A stretch of 64,000 nt of DNA from Eledone cirrhosa (Eukaryota): the NCBI GenBank assembly GCA_964016885.1, contig OZ024741.1:7502001-7566000 (forward strand), written 5' to 3'. Made by a program: the position numbers and the translations under genes. The notes under the pieces are model-generated. The model worked only from the letters and a program-made list of their open reading frames with translations, ran no database searches and was not told the origin of the DNA. Shown one piece after another: positions 15,001 to 26,440 of the stretch (position 1 is its first letter; the number at the start of each line of letters is the position of its first letter).

Positions 15001-16120
15001 GACACTGCTTCCCACTCGACTCCATTTAAGGATGCTCGGGGACACTGCTTCCCACCCGACTCCATTTAAGGATGGTCTGGGACACTGCTTCCCACCCGAC
15101 TCCATTTAAGGATGGTCGGGGTCACTGCTTTCCACCCGACTGCATTTTAGTATGGTCGGGGACACTGCTTCCCACCCGACTCCATTTAAGGATGGTCGGG
15201 GACACTGCTTCCCACCCGACTGCATTTTAGTATGGTCGGGGACACTGCTTCCCACCCGACTCCATTTAAGGATGGTCGGGGACACTGCTTCTCACCCGAC
15301 TCCTTTTAAGGATTGTCGGGGACACTGCTTTCCACCCGACTCCTTTTAAGGATGGTCTGGGACACTGCTTCCCACCCGACTCCATTTAAGGATGGTCGGG
15401 GACACTGCTTTCCACCCGACTGCATTTTAGTATGGTCGGGGACACTGCTTCCCACCCGACTCCATTTAAGGATGGTCGGGGACACTGCTTCCCACCCGAC
15501 TGCATTTTAGTATGGTCGGGGACACTGCTTCCCACCCGACTCCATTTAAGGATGGTTGGGGATATTGCTTCCCACCCGACTCCATTCAAGGATGGTCCGG
15601 GACATTGCTTCCCACCCGACTTCTTTTAAGGATTGTCGGGTACACTGCTTCCCACCCGACTCCATTTAAGGGTGTTCGGCGAGTCTGCATTCCACCCGAC
15701 TCCATTTAAGGATGGTCGGGGACACTGCTTCCCACCCGACTCCATTTAAGGATGGTCGGGGACATTGCTTCCCACCGACTCCATTTAAGGATGGTCGGGG
15801 ACACTGCTTCCCACCCGACTCCATTTAAGAATGGTCGGGGACACTGCTTCCCACCCGACTCCATTTAAGGATGGTCGTGGACACTGCTTCCCACCCGACT
15901 CCATTTAAGGATGGTCGGGGACACTGTTTCCCACCCGACTCCATTTAAGAATGGTCGGGGACACTGCTTCCCACCCGACTCCATTTAAGGATGGTCGTGG
16001 ACACTGCTTCCCACCCGACTCCATTTAAGTATGGTCGGGGACACTGCTTCTCACCCGACTCCATTTAAGTATGGTCGAGGACATCGCTTCCCTTCCGACT
16101 CCATTTAAGGATGGTCGGGA
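1..16120. repeat. 40-bp satellite array (about 400 units, truncated by window start), consensus CGACTCCATTTAAGGATGGTCGGGGACACTGCTTCCCACC
   Basis: Continuous 40-bp periodicity with occasional 39-bp units; ends abruptly at ...GGATGGTCGGGA 16120. Confidence 0.98.
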
Positions 16121-16994
16121 ACTTGATTGAGTGAGTGAAGCCCTGAACATTTAGACCTAACATGAAATTTCAAGAGAATTCCAGTCACACATTAATCGCT
16201 CCTTCCTATACTTAGGGAATCGGCCGGTTTTGCATTATTCAAGGGGTTCTGTTGGGATATAATTTGAGTGAATTTAGTTGCTATCTCTAGTAGATATAGT
16301 AACCACGTAGAGGCTCTGTTTGTATTCGTCTGGTTCACTGGAACTGTTGACACCTCTCACTTGAAATATGGTCGGAGTGACATAAAAGAGGTCAAGGGAA
16401 ATGGAGGATTCCACCATCTTTACATAGAATCGTGTAAGAGAGGGATTATTGGATTAAATGTTATTTACTATAAACCCCGTCATTTTTGACGGACACTATG
16501 TCGGTATCCTAATCCAATTTAATCCAGGGCCTTCTCACTCCTGTAGAAGGAACCCCTCTCTGTTTGACCTCCACTCTGCTTCCTGTTTGGTTTTGGCCAT
16601 GTCAGGTGTGTAACCGTACTCATCATTCTTGGTCAAATGCGGATCGGTGAAGCTATTTAACCCATAGTTGGGGTCGATGGCTGTTGACTCTGAAGAGTTC
16701 AGCCACCCTTTATCAGCTCTTGTTTTTGTGCTGCTGGGGTTCCACTCTCCTTAGCTAACCAGGGGGAGCTGGTTTAGTCGCCGACCATTTGATCATGAAG
16801 CAGATTGTACTGGGTTACCTCGGCCATAGCAGAAACCTGACCATGTCAGTATGTCTAGTATAATGTTTAAAATATCGTAGTATTTAAAACATTAACTGAA
16901 TGACCAATGTTGGGTAGAATGAAAACATTTAAATTTTAAATAAAAAAGCGGTAGTGACTTCGAAGTTTCAGTATGATGGTGACGTCTGGTTGTC

Positions 16995-17120
16995 AGGTCA
17001 ACTTTCTTTTTTCACTGTTTCGAGGGTTGATAAAATAGAACAGTCAAGTACTGGTACAATCGACTTTCCCCACCCAACTCAAAATTGCTGACCTTGTGCC
17101 AAAATTAGAAACCATTATAT
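16995..17120 (+). mobile_element. Decayed 3' part of tRNA-derived SINE (family 2)
   Basis: GTCAACTTT...GGTTGATAAAATA...CCTTGTGCCAAAATTAGAAAC matches the 3' half of the copy at 34429-34622. Confidence 0.65.
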
Positions 17121-17139
17121 TTTATTCAAAAGAGAGTCG

Positions 17140-17625
17140 AACAAATGTTTAGCAGTGTTTCTTCTGGGTCTTTAGTTCTGGAGTTCGAATCCTGCTGAAG
17201 TCAACTTTGCCTTTCATATTTCCGAGGTCGATAAAATAAAGGAGCATTTAAATAATGTGGGTGGAGGCGCGTGGCCTAGTGGTAAGGGTGTTGGACTTAC
17301 GATCATAATGTCTAGGTTCGATTCCTGGACTGGGTTGCGTGTTGTATTCTGGAGCAAAACACTTCATTTCATGTTGCTCCAGTATACTCAGCTGAAAATG
17401 AATACCAGTATTAACTGGAGGATTAACCCTTTAATTGATTGCGTCCTGTCTAGGGGAGAAGTCTTGTACTCTCAGTCGCTTCAAGCTACGAAACTGGGAT
17501 AAGCTCCCGCCTGACGAGCTTTCTGGCCTGAAACAGACTTGAGATTTAGAGTAAGTACCGAGGGAGATTTAATGGAATTCCCGACCCTTTCCGCAAATTA
17601 CTGGCCTTGTGCTTAAAATAGAAAT
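17140..17625 (+). mobile_element. Family 2 SINE interrupted by the SINE at 17264-17540
   Basis: B-box GGAGTTCGAATCC then GTCAACTTTGCCTTTCAT..GGTCGATAAAATAAA up to about 17240; the tail AGTACC...CTGGCCTTGTGCTTAAAATAGAAA resumes at about 17554-17625. Confidence 0.6.
17264..17540 (+). mobile_element. tRNA-derived SINE with CORE-like central domain (family 1 head and core)
   Basis: A-box TGGCCTAGTGG, B-box GGTTCGATTCC, then GTGTTGTATTCTGGAGCAAAACACTTCATTTCATGTTGCTCCAGT, which resembles the MIR-type CORE and matches the 45-bp satellite unit. Confidence 0.8.
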
Positions 17626-17819
17626 CCTTCTGTGGCCATGGACAGAGAGAGCGACACTTAGCTAATGTGTAACGTGTTTATTACTTGTATGTTGAATGGC
17701 ACTTATATATACTGCGGGCCTCGGCTATTTCTTTGTACTTACACCCAGTAAAGTGGAAGATCAAATATTTATATCTACTTGTTGATAGAGGATTCTGCAC
17801 TTTCTAGTGGAAATTACCT

Positions 17820-19509
17820 CCTTACACACGTACAAACATGTGTGTAAACATACACACATGTATATAACACACGCAAACACACAACATATATATAACACAC
17901 GCACGCAAACACACAACATATATATAACACACACACGACATATATATAACACACGCACACACACACACACAACATATATATAACACATGCACGCAAACAC
18001 ACAACATATATATAATACACACACACACAATATATATATATAACACACGCACTCACACACACAACATATATATATATAATCATGAATGTTTGTGTGAATG
18101 GTGTGTGTATGTATGTGAGTATACGAGGTACGTACGTCTGTGTGTATGCATGTGTATATGTGTGTAAATGTGTATGTATATGTGTGTGTATGTGTGTGTG
18201 TATGTATATGTGTGTGGATATGTGTGTATGTGTGTGTATATGTGTGTGTATGTGTCTGTGTATGTGTGTGTATGCCTGTGTATATATGTGTATATGTGTG
18301 AGTATGTATATAACTAAGACTGATGGTTACATTAGGTAAGACACGTGTCTGTGAAATACTGAACAACATAATTTATTGAGTAGAGCGCACGCAATATTTA
18401 ATCGAATAACTAAATGGTCATCTTCGAAACTGACGGAGGTCCATCACATACCATAAATGTAAGTATATATATATATAGTTACACACACACACACACGTAC
18501 ATGTATACACACACACACACACATGCATACACACACAAATATATATATATATACACACACATACATACACACACACATATATATATACACACACATACAT
18601 ACACACACACAGATATATATATATACATAGTTACACGCGCACACACACATATATATACACACACATATATATATATATACACACATATATATATATACAC
18701 ACACATATATATATACACACTTATTTATATACACACATATATATATATATAGACAGAGAGCCAATTGAGAGTGACAAACATATATATATATATATATACA
18801 CACATATATATACACACACACATACATAGACAGAGAGGCAATTGAGAGGGAGAGAGAAGCATGTTTAAATGATAAACAAAACTGATAAACATATATATGT
18901 ATATACGCACACATATATATATACACACACACACATATATATACACACACATATATATATATACACACACACATATATATACACACACATATATACACAC
19001 ACACACACATATATATACACACACATATATATACACACACACACATATATATATACACATATATATATATATATACACACACACATATATATACACACAT
19101 ATATATACACACACACACACACACATATATATATACACACACATATATACACACGCACACACACATATATATACACACACACATATATATACACACACAT
19201 ATAGACAGAACCAATTGAGAGGGGGAGAGAAGCATGTTTAAATGATAAACAAAACTTTAAAGTTTTACTTTGATCTTTGGTTAAGTAGTTTGTTCCTACT
19301 TGACAGGTTTGGTGGTCTGTGGCGGTGGTACTGAGTTAATACTGGCAGATATATATGTGTATATGTACACATATATACACATATATATACATACATACAC
19401 ATATACACACATACATACACACATACATTCAAATACATACACATATACTCACACACATGCATATACACACATACATATATATATATAAACATATATAAAC
19501 ATACGTATA

Positions 19510-19549
<40 letters not shown>

Positions 19550-19720
19550 ATATATAAACATACGTATAAACATATTATATATATATATAAACATATATAA
19601 ACATACGTATATACATATAATATATATATATATATATATACATATATAATAAATGCATATAATAATATATATTAATATATATATATATATGTTTGTGTAT
19701 ATATACACACACACAGATAC

Positions 19721-19770
<50 letters not shown>

Positions 19771-19845
19771 AAAAATTGAACAGGGACAGAACAGAGAGGC
19801 AGTACGACAAATGCTTATTAGATTCACGTTCAGGAGAGTGGGGGG

Positions 19846-19885
<40 letters not shown>
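17820..19885. repeat. Compound (CA)n/(TA)n/(TG)n microsatellite field with a decayed SINE body at about 18335-18445
   Basis: Direct reading; GACACGTGTCTGTG...GAAACTGACGGAGGTCC matches other SINE bodies in the window. Confidence 0.9.
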
Positions 19886-19886
<1 letters not shown>

Positions 19887-20260
19887 TGGCTGCAACTCGA
19901 TTTGATTCTTAAGCATGCGCATCACTGACGTGGCTGTTTAGTCCTGCATAGGACTTGCCTATGGCCAGCAACAACATGCATTGCAAAAAATGTTACATAT
20001 CAAGTGATGCCTGTGCTTGAAGCTTTTTTAACTGAGAAAAGGCTTGTGTATATATAAATTTAGTCAATTTACCTGAGTTGGTTTTCTCGTTGGTTTGGTT
20101 CATGTGGCTGGGTCACCGGTCGCAGTCTCCAATTTGTCAAGCTCTCTAACGTATGTTATTACTCCAAGGTGACAACCTTATCGAGTGCTTTGCTGCACAT
20201 TCCTGATTGTATATCGTTATCTTGGCCACAGCCAAAACTTCGATTTTACTAAACTTCCAT

Positions 20261-20290
<30 letters not shown>

Positions 20291-20291
<1 letters not shown>

Positions 20292-20493
20292 TAAGGCGGG
20301 TAAAATTCCCGAGATCCATGGACGAGTTCTCTCCAGCGGTCTCTGTCCCTCATTATCGCTGCCATATCCTGCATCTCCAACAGACCAGTGTCTGTCCTTA
20401 GGGCATCAACATATGTTAACCTTGGTCTTCCTCTTCTAGTGTGTCCATGTAGGGGCTCCCAAAGGAGCACTGAGTGCAATGTCAACTCTGGAT
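20291..20493 (-). mobile_element. 5'-truncated RTE-clade LINE, 3' end
   Basis: Translation LLWEPLHGHTRRGRPRLTYVDALRTDTG...MRDRDRWRELV is typical of the RTE ORF C-terminus; the stop codon runs into (TA)n. Confidence 0.8.
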
Positions 20494-20586
20494 GAAGTAA
20501 TTCCGTCGGAAAAGTCCAGGAAAAAAGAGTGCTCTTTGTAGGTAACAGAGCTTAATAGTTATGTAATAAACAACATAAGGCAATTA

Positions 20587-20647
20587 TTTCATTTACCAGT
20601 GGTTTCTTAAAAGCAAAAAAAATTTGCTTTCAATCATCAGAATGAAA
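20587..20647 (-). ncRNA. Type I hammerhead ribozyme (inverted copy)
   Basis: Minus strand: TTTCATT-CTGATGA-TTGAAAGCAAA/TTTGCTTTTAA-GAAA-CCA-C-TGG-TA-AATGAAA. Confidence 0.8.
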
Positions 20648-20736
20648 AAATCCTGGTGTATTTATTGGCGTTGGATTTTAAAAACCTTTTAAAAAAACCT
20701 TTTAAAAATCCAACGCCAATAAATACACCAGGATTT

Positions 20737-20797
20737 TTTCATTCTGATGATTGAAAGCAAATTTTTTTTTGTTTTAAGAAACCACTGGTAAATGAAA
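20737..20797 (+). ncRNA. Type I hammerhead ribozyme
   Basis: Stem I TTTCATT/AATGAAA, core CTGATGA 20744-20750, stem II, GAAA 20778-20781, short stem III CCA/TGG, GUA cleavage triplet ending at 20790. Confidence 0.78.
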
Positions 20798-20909
20798 TAA
20801 TTGCCTTATGTTGTTTATTACATAACTATTAAGCTCTGTTACCTACATAGAGCACTCTTTTTCCTGGACTTTTCCGACGGAATTACTTCATTTATATATA
20901 TATATATAT

Positions 20910-21109
20910 NNNNNNNNNNNNNNNNNNNNNNNNNNNNNNNNNNNNNNNNNNNNNNNNNNNNNNNNNNNNNNNNNNNNNNNNNNNNNNNNNNNNNNNNNNN
21001 NNNNNNNNNNNNNNNNNNNNNNNNNNNNNNNNNNNNNNNNNNNNNNNNNNNNNNNNNNNNNNNNNNNNNNNNNNNNNNNNNNNNNNNNNNNNNNNNNNNN
21101 NNNNNNNNN
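20910..21109. other. Assembly gap (200 N)
   Basis: Run of N. Confidence 1.
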
Positions 21110-21475
21110 TTCTTGCCTTTACCAGACAATTGTTGCTATAAAAAATAATATCTTTTCCCCGACGTCACATAAAATTCTGTATACCTGTTATGGCTTAATT
21201 GCTTTAAGTTATTGTTTTGTCTTGTCTCTTACTCAACGGACAACGCTTTGGCCTATGTCAGACGCTGTGACCCCGGATGCACCAACAATACCGTTGGTAG
21301 GGGTCGAAACTGCCAGAAGTTCATTTCGAGGGTTGAAGACGTCGGAGTTGTATCTTTCGTTTGTTTGTTTTTTTATAAAAAAAAAAATTTAAGGTTTCAC
21401 CTTAAAAAAAAACGAAAACAAAAATGTTCGTTTTGCATTGTTTTCGTTCGTAGTCATCTCTTTGTTAATTTTCCT

Positions 21476-21553
<78 letters not shown>

Positions 21554-21560
<7 letters not shown>

Positions 21561-21753
21561 TGTAATAAACAACATAAGATAATTATTTCATTTACCAGTG
21601 GTTTCTTGAAATGAAAGCAATTTTGGTTGCTTTCAAGAAACTACTGGTAAATGAAATAATTATCTTATGTTGTTTATTACATAACTAATAAGCTCTGTAA
21701 CCTACATAGAGCACTCTTTTTTCCTGGACCTTTCCGACGGAATTACTTCATTT
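21554..21753. repeat. Second fold-back copy of the 20492-20891 element, lacking the CTGATGA core
   Basis: TAGTTATGTAATAAACAACATAAG...TTTACCAGTGGTTTC mirrors GAAACTACTGGTAAATG...CATAACTA, followed by the same tail CCGACGGAATTACTTCAT; flanked by (TA)n. Confidence 0.85.
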
Positions 21754-21771
21754 ATATATATATATATATAC

Positions 21772-21806
<35 letters not shown>

Positions 21807-21817
21807 GAACCAGTAAG

Positions 21818-21911
21818 ACCCCGACAGCTGAGCTCAAGCCGTTTCGACGGCTAATTCTGGACTAAATGAAAATTTATCCTGGTATTTAAATAGCCGATCT
21901 TCTCAAGGGGT
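21818..21911 (-). ncRNA. Degenerate hammerhead-like motif with long stem II loop
   Basis: Minus strand: ACCCC-TTGAGAA-GATCGGCTA...TAGCCGTC-GAAACGGC-TTGAGCTCA-GCTGTC-GGGGT. All three stems pair but the core deviates from CTGANGA. Confidence 0.5.
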
Positions 21912-22067
21912 AATTCCATATATGGTCAAAGTGATTGTCAAAAATCAGTAGTAATTCTGTGGTTGCAAATTAGTAAAACACTGGTTCCTATTACCCACTC
22001 TACTACCTCAAGTATTGAGTACTTTGGTGCGTTATGGTCCACCTGGTTCCTTACCACATTTCCTTCG

Positions 22068-22129
<62 letters not shown>

Positions 22130-22182
22130 GTATATATATTGGATATATAGATATTGGATTTTAGTCTTCAAATTTTTATTAT

Positions 22183-22247
<65 letters not shown>

Positions 22248-22284
22248 GATATATATACACACACATACACATATACATACAAAT

Positions 22285-22315
<31 letters not shown>

Positions 22316-23290
22316 CACATATATATAGTAAATATCCTCATAAATCACACCCACATCCTAAAAAGAAATAATTGCCTTCATTGCAAAATAAAATAAAAAA
22401 TGTCTCATTTAAAAAACAAAATAACATTATACAATTCTTGACGTAGTTTGATTACGTAGAGCACACACACATATATATATACACACACATATATAGACAT
22501 ATATATACACATATATATACACATACACACATATATATATACACATATATATACACATACATACACACATATATACACATACACACAGATACATATACAC
22601 ACATATACACACACACACATATATACACATACACACAGATACATATACACCCATATACACATACACACATATATACATATATAAATATACACACATATAC
22701 ACATACACATACACACACAGACACAGACACATATATACACATATACACATACATATACACACATATACACACATATATACACATATATACACATACAGAC
22801 ACACACATATATACATACACACATATATACACTTACACACATATACACACACACAGACACACAGGCACACACATACACATATACATATATACACGCATAT
22901 GCACACACACATACAGACACAGTCACACATATATACACATACACACATACATATACACACATATACACACATATATACACAAATATATATATATATATAC
23001 ACACATACATTCACATACACACACATATACACACACATATATACACATACAGACATATACACACATATACACACAAATATATATATATACACACATACAT
23101 TCACATACACACCCATATACACACACATATATACACATACACACATACACACACGCATATATATACACACATATACATACACACACACACACACATATAT
23201 ATATATACACATACATATACACACATATACACATACATACACACATACATACACACATACACACATACATACACACATGAACACAATAAA
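22068..23290. repeat. (TA)n/(CATA)n/(CA)n microsatellite field
   Basis: Direct reading. Confidence 0.95.
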
Positions 23291-23364
23291 ACTCTAGAAT
23301 GTGAAGAAAAAACATGAAATTTAGTGAGAATTAATCTTTCTTCAAATTATTTCTCTAAATTTCT

Positions 23365-23417
23365 TTTTCACTCCTTTCTTCTCTCTAATCCCCCCTCTCT
23401 CTTTTTCTCTCTCTCTT

Positions 23418-23459
<42 letters not shown>

Positions 23460-23647
23460 ACTCCTTTCTTCTCTCTATTCCCCCTCTCTCTCTTTCCATC
23501 TCTCTCTCTCACACTCCTTTCTTCTCTCTATTCCCCCGCCCTCTCTCCCTTTCTCTCTCTCTCTTTCTATCATTATCTCTATCTCTATATCTCACAACTC
23601 TCTCTATCACTCGTTTCCTTCCTTTAATTCCTTCTCTCTTTCTATCC

Positions 23648-23718
<71 letters not shown>

Positions 23719-23792
23719 CTCTCTCTCTCTCCTTCTCCCTCTCTATCTCCCCTCTCTCTATCCACCCTCTATCTATCCCCCCTCTCTCTCTC
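23365..23792. repeat. (CT)n polypyrimidine tract
   Basis: Direct reading. Confidence 0.95.
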
Positions 23793-24015
23793 AAATCTTA
23801 TCTCAGCTAGAGGTAGACAACAGTTACAAATTAGTTATAAATACAGACAGACAAACAATGTTATTTTCACAAGCTTTCTCAAATTCAGAATAAACATGCC
23901 ACAGGGCTAGCAATGTTTACTTGGGAAAGGAGGGTTGGCGTGGAGGGAGTGGAGTAGTGCATCCATGCAGTATTATGATATGTCATATGTGTGTGTGTGC
24001 ACCGATCTGTGTAGG

Positions 24016-24070
<55 letters not shown>

Positions 24071-24320
24071 CTAGGGCGGGTAAAATTCCCGAGACCCATG
24101 GACGAGTTCTCTCCAGCGGTCTCTGTCCCTCATTATCGCTGCCATGTTCTGCGTCTCCAACAGACCAGTGTCTGTCCTTGGGGCATCAACATACGTTAAC
24201 CTTGGTCTTCCTCTTCTAGTGTGTCCATGTAGGGACTCCCAAAGGAGCACTGAGTGCAATGTCAACTCTGGATGTCGGTGAGCATGTCCAGCTAACCTCA
24301 GTCTCCTCTGTGTCACTTTT
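24071..24320 (-). mobile_element. 5'-truncated RTE-clade LINE, 3' end (second copy)
   Basis: QRRLRLAGHAHRHPELTLHSVLLW...RRGRPRLTYVD...RDRWRELV; nearly identical to 20291-20493 and ends at (TA)n. Confidence 0.82.
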
Positions 24321-24499
24321 GTATGTAAAGGACCCGTAACTCATGCTGGAGTCGTAGGGGGCGCCTTAGTGATATACGGCTATTCTTGGGCATTTTAGAA
24401 CCTAGCGGAGACCATCCCGTGTGCAGATCTGAACAAAGCTGATTCCTTCAAGAGAAAGCAAGAGAATGACAGAGAGAAAGTGAGAAAGCGTTATTGGAG

Positions 24500-24662
24500 A
24501 CGAATCGACTCCAGTACTGAACTGGTACTTTATTTATCGACCTAGAAAGGATAAAAGGCAAAGTTGACCTCGGCGGGATTTGAACTCAGAGAGCAGAGAG
24601 CCGGAACAAATACCATAAAACATTTTATCCGACGCTCTATCGACTCTGACAATTCGCCGCCT
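24500..24662 (-). mobile_element. Family 2 tRNA-derived SINE
   Basis: CTGGTACTTTATTTATCGACC..AAGGCAAAGTTGACCTCGGCGGGATTTGAACTCAGA...AATTCGCCGCC is the reverse complement of head, B-box and body. Confidence 0.8.
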
Positions 24663-24911
24663 TCACTGTATGTCTACTTGTAATAAAATTACTGGGTTTC
24701 TGTAATGTACATATGTATTATATATATACACACACACACATGTGCACACACACACACACACATGTACACACGCACACATACACACATACACACATGTACA
24801 CACATACAGAAACGCACATAGACATATATTCCTAAATATGTAAACCAGTGCCATTAAAATGTCTTAATACCTTTACTTTAAAGTTGGAAAAATGTGTTAC
24901 ATCATACCCGT

Positions 24912-25232
24912 CGGCGCTGTAAGGCCGAAAGCTTAAGAAGTTCCCTTAGCTACCACCAGGACCCGAGTTAGATCCCACAGTGTGTTATATTGGATATCAT
25001 TAACCATAGTCCCGGATCGAACCAAGCTATGTGAAGGATATTTGGTAGACTGAAATTGTTTAGATGTCCAAAGAACTAACATTGTCATACACTGTATCAC
25101 ACTGAATCTCCCTGAGATTTACCTCAAATGTACACGTGTCTGTTGGATGGTCAGTCACGTTAATATTATGAACAGGCCCTTCCGTCGACCGAACAACTGG
25201 AATATTCATAGTCGAAACCGACGGAGGTCCGT
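24912..25232 (+). mobile_element. Decayed SINE head followed by a family 1 SINE body
   Basis: Degenerate tRNA-like head and ATTTGGTAGACTGAAA, then CTGAATCTCCCTGAG..GTACACGTGTCTGT..GAAACCGACGGAGGTCC, shared with 39745-39965 and 51900-52045. Confidence 0.6.
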
Positions 25233-25761
25233 ACCGAATTATTCTCACAATTTTATAGCCGTTATCTCCGTATAAACAAACTAGCCAGATAGACACAGCC
25301 ATTTACAAAATGGCTGCCATATTCTATCATCAGGCTATCAACACGTAGACGCCATTACAGGGCTTCAATAAAAACGTGTTAAACGTACACACACACAGAA
25401 ACTCACATATTTACTCTAGTCTATAGAATCATAAACAGATCTATATCATATATGACATATATATACACAATTACAGCCATGTAAAAGATCTAGACAAACA
25501 GATTTGAGAAAATAAAGACATGCAGAGCAAAGATCTAGATTTCAGGATTTCATTTTAAAACTGATTATTTTGGAATTTTATTGTTAACTATTTACCGGGC
25601 ATCGACGATACGTTTTGATCGCTACATTGAATGTACACACACACACACACACATACACACACATGCACACACACACGCACACACACACACACATACACAC
25701 ACACTCACACTCAGACACACACACACACACACACTCACACACACACACACATACACACACA

Positions 25762-25847
<86 letters not shown>

Positions 25848-25993
25848 AGTATATATATAGATACATACATATATACTTACATTCATAAATAAATACATAC
25901 ATAAATACTTACATAAACACACACACACACATATACATACATATATATATTAATTCAAAATATTAACAAAATAGATATTCTTGTGATCAAGTA

Positions 25994-26060
25994 TATTTTA
26001 TTATACATATTTCAGAGGTACTGAGTTAAGTTCAACAGTACGTCCTCATCAGATAAAATA
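25994..26060 (-). ncRNA. Type I hammerhead ribozyme, apparently intact
   Basis: Minus strand: TATTTTAT-CTGATGA-GGACGTACTG(loop)CAGTACCTCT-GAA-ATA-TG-TAT-A-ATAAAATA; 8-bp stem I, AUA triplet. Confidence 0.78.
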
Positions 26061-26248
26061 AGATGATGCATGACATACCCTGACATAGTAGATGGTTAAG
26101 ATTCAGTCCTGGTAGTGAGTAATATATGACAAAACTCAATATTTATATACCTTAATATTGAAAACATGAAAAAAACTACATATAATACATATAATAGAAA
26201 ATTGTAAAACTCATTCTTTGATTTATTCATTGAACCTTGTTTAACCTT

Positions 26249-26311
<63 letters not shown>

Positions 26312-26314
<3 letters not shown>

Positions 26315-26440
26315 GGAAAAATTTGAACAGGAACAAAACAGAGAGGCAGTACAACGAATGTTTATTAATTTCACGCTCTGGAGAGTGGGGTGGTGGTGGG
26401 GAACGACGTTTCGGGCATAAGCCCTTCCTCAGGTGAGAAG
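26312..26440 (-). mobile_element. Penelope pLTR-like terminus with hammerhead core
   Basis: Minus strand CTGAGGA-A-GGGC-TTAT-GCCC-GAAACGTC (about 26405-26432), abutting (TA)n; a truncated homolog of the terminus lies at about 19768-19846. Stem I not found. Confidence 0.6.

Larger units (their letters stand above)
20492..20891. repeat. Long near-perfect inverted repeat (arms about 190 bp), Penelope pLTR-like, one hammerhead per arm
   Basis: ATGAAGTAATTCCGTCGGAAAAGTCCAGG... at 20492 mirrors ...CCTGGACTTTTCCGACGGAATTACTTCAT at 20891. Confidence 0.92.

Noticed and set aside
1-16120. CRISPR-like array or repeated small ORFs
   Set aside because: No unique spacers, no cas genes, eukaryotic context; ORFs arise from frame cycling of a 40-bp unit.
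17264-17335. tRNA gene
   Set aside because: A and B boxes are present but there is no proper cloverleaf, and it continues into a SINE body.
17512-17540. CTGACGA...GAAAC hammerhead-like text at a SINE 3' end
   Set aside because: No convincing stems I or III.
21255-21345. GACCCC...GGGGTC-GAAAC hairpin next to the gap
   Set aside because: No CTGANGA core or stem I identifiable.
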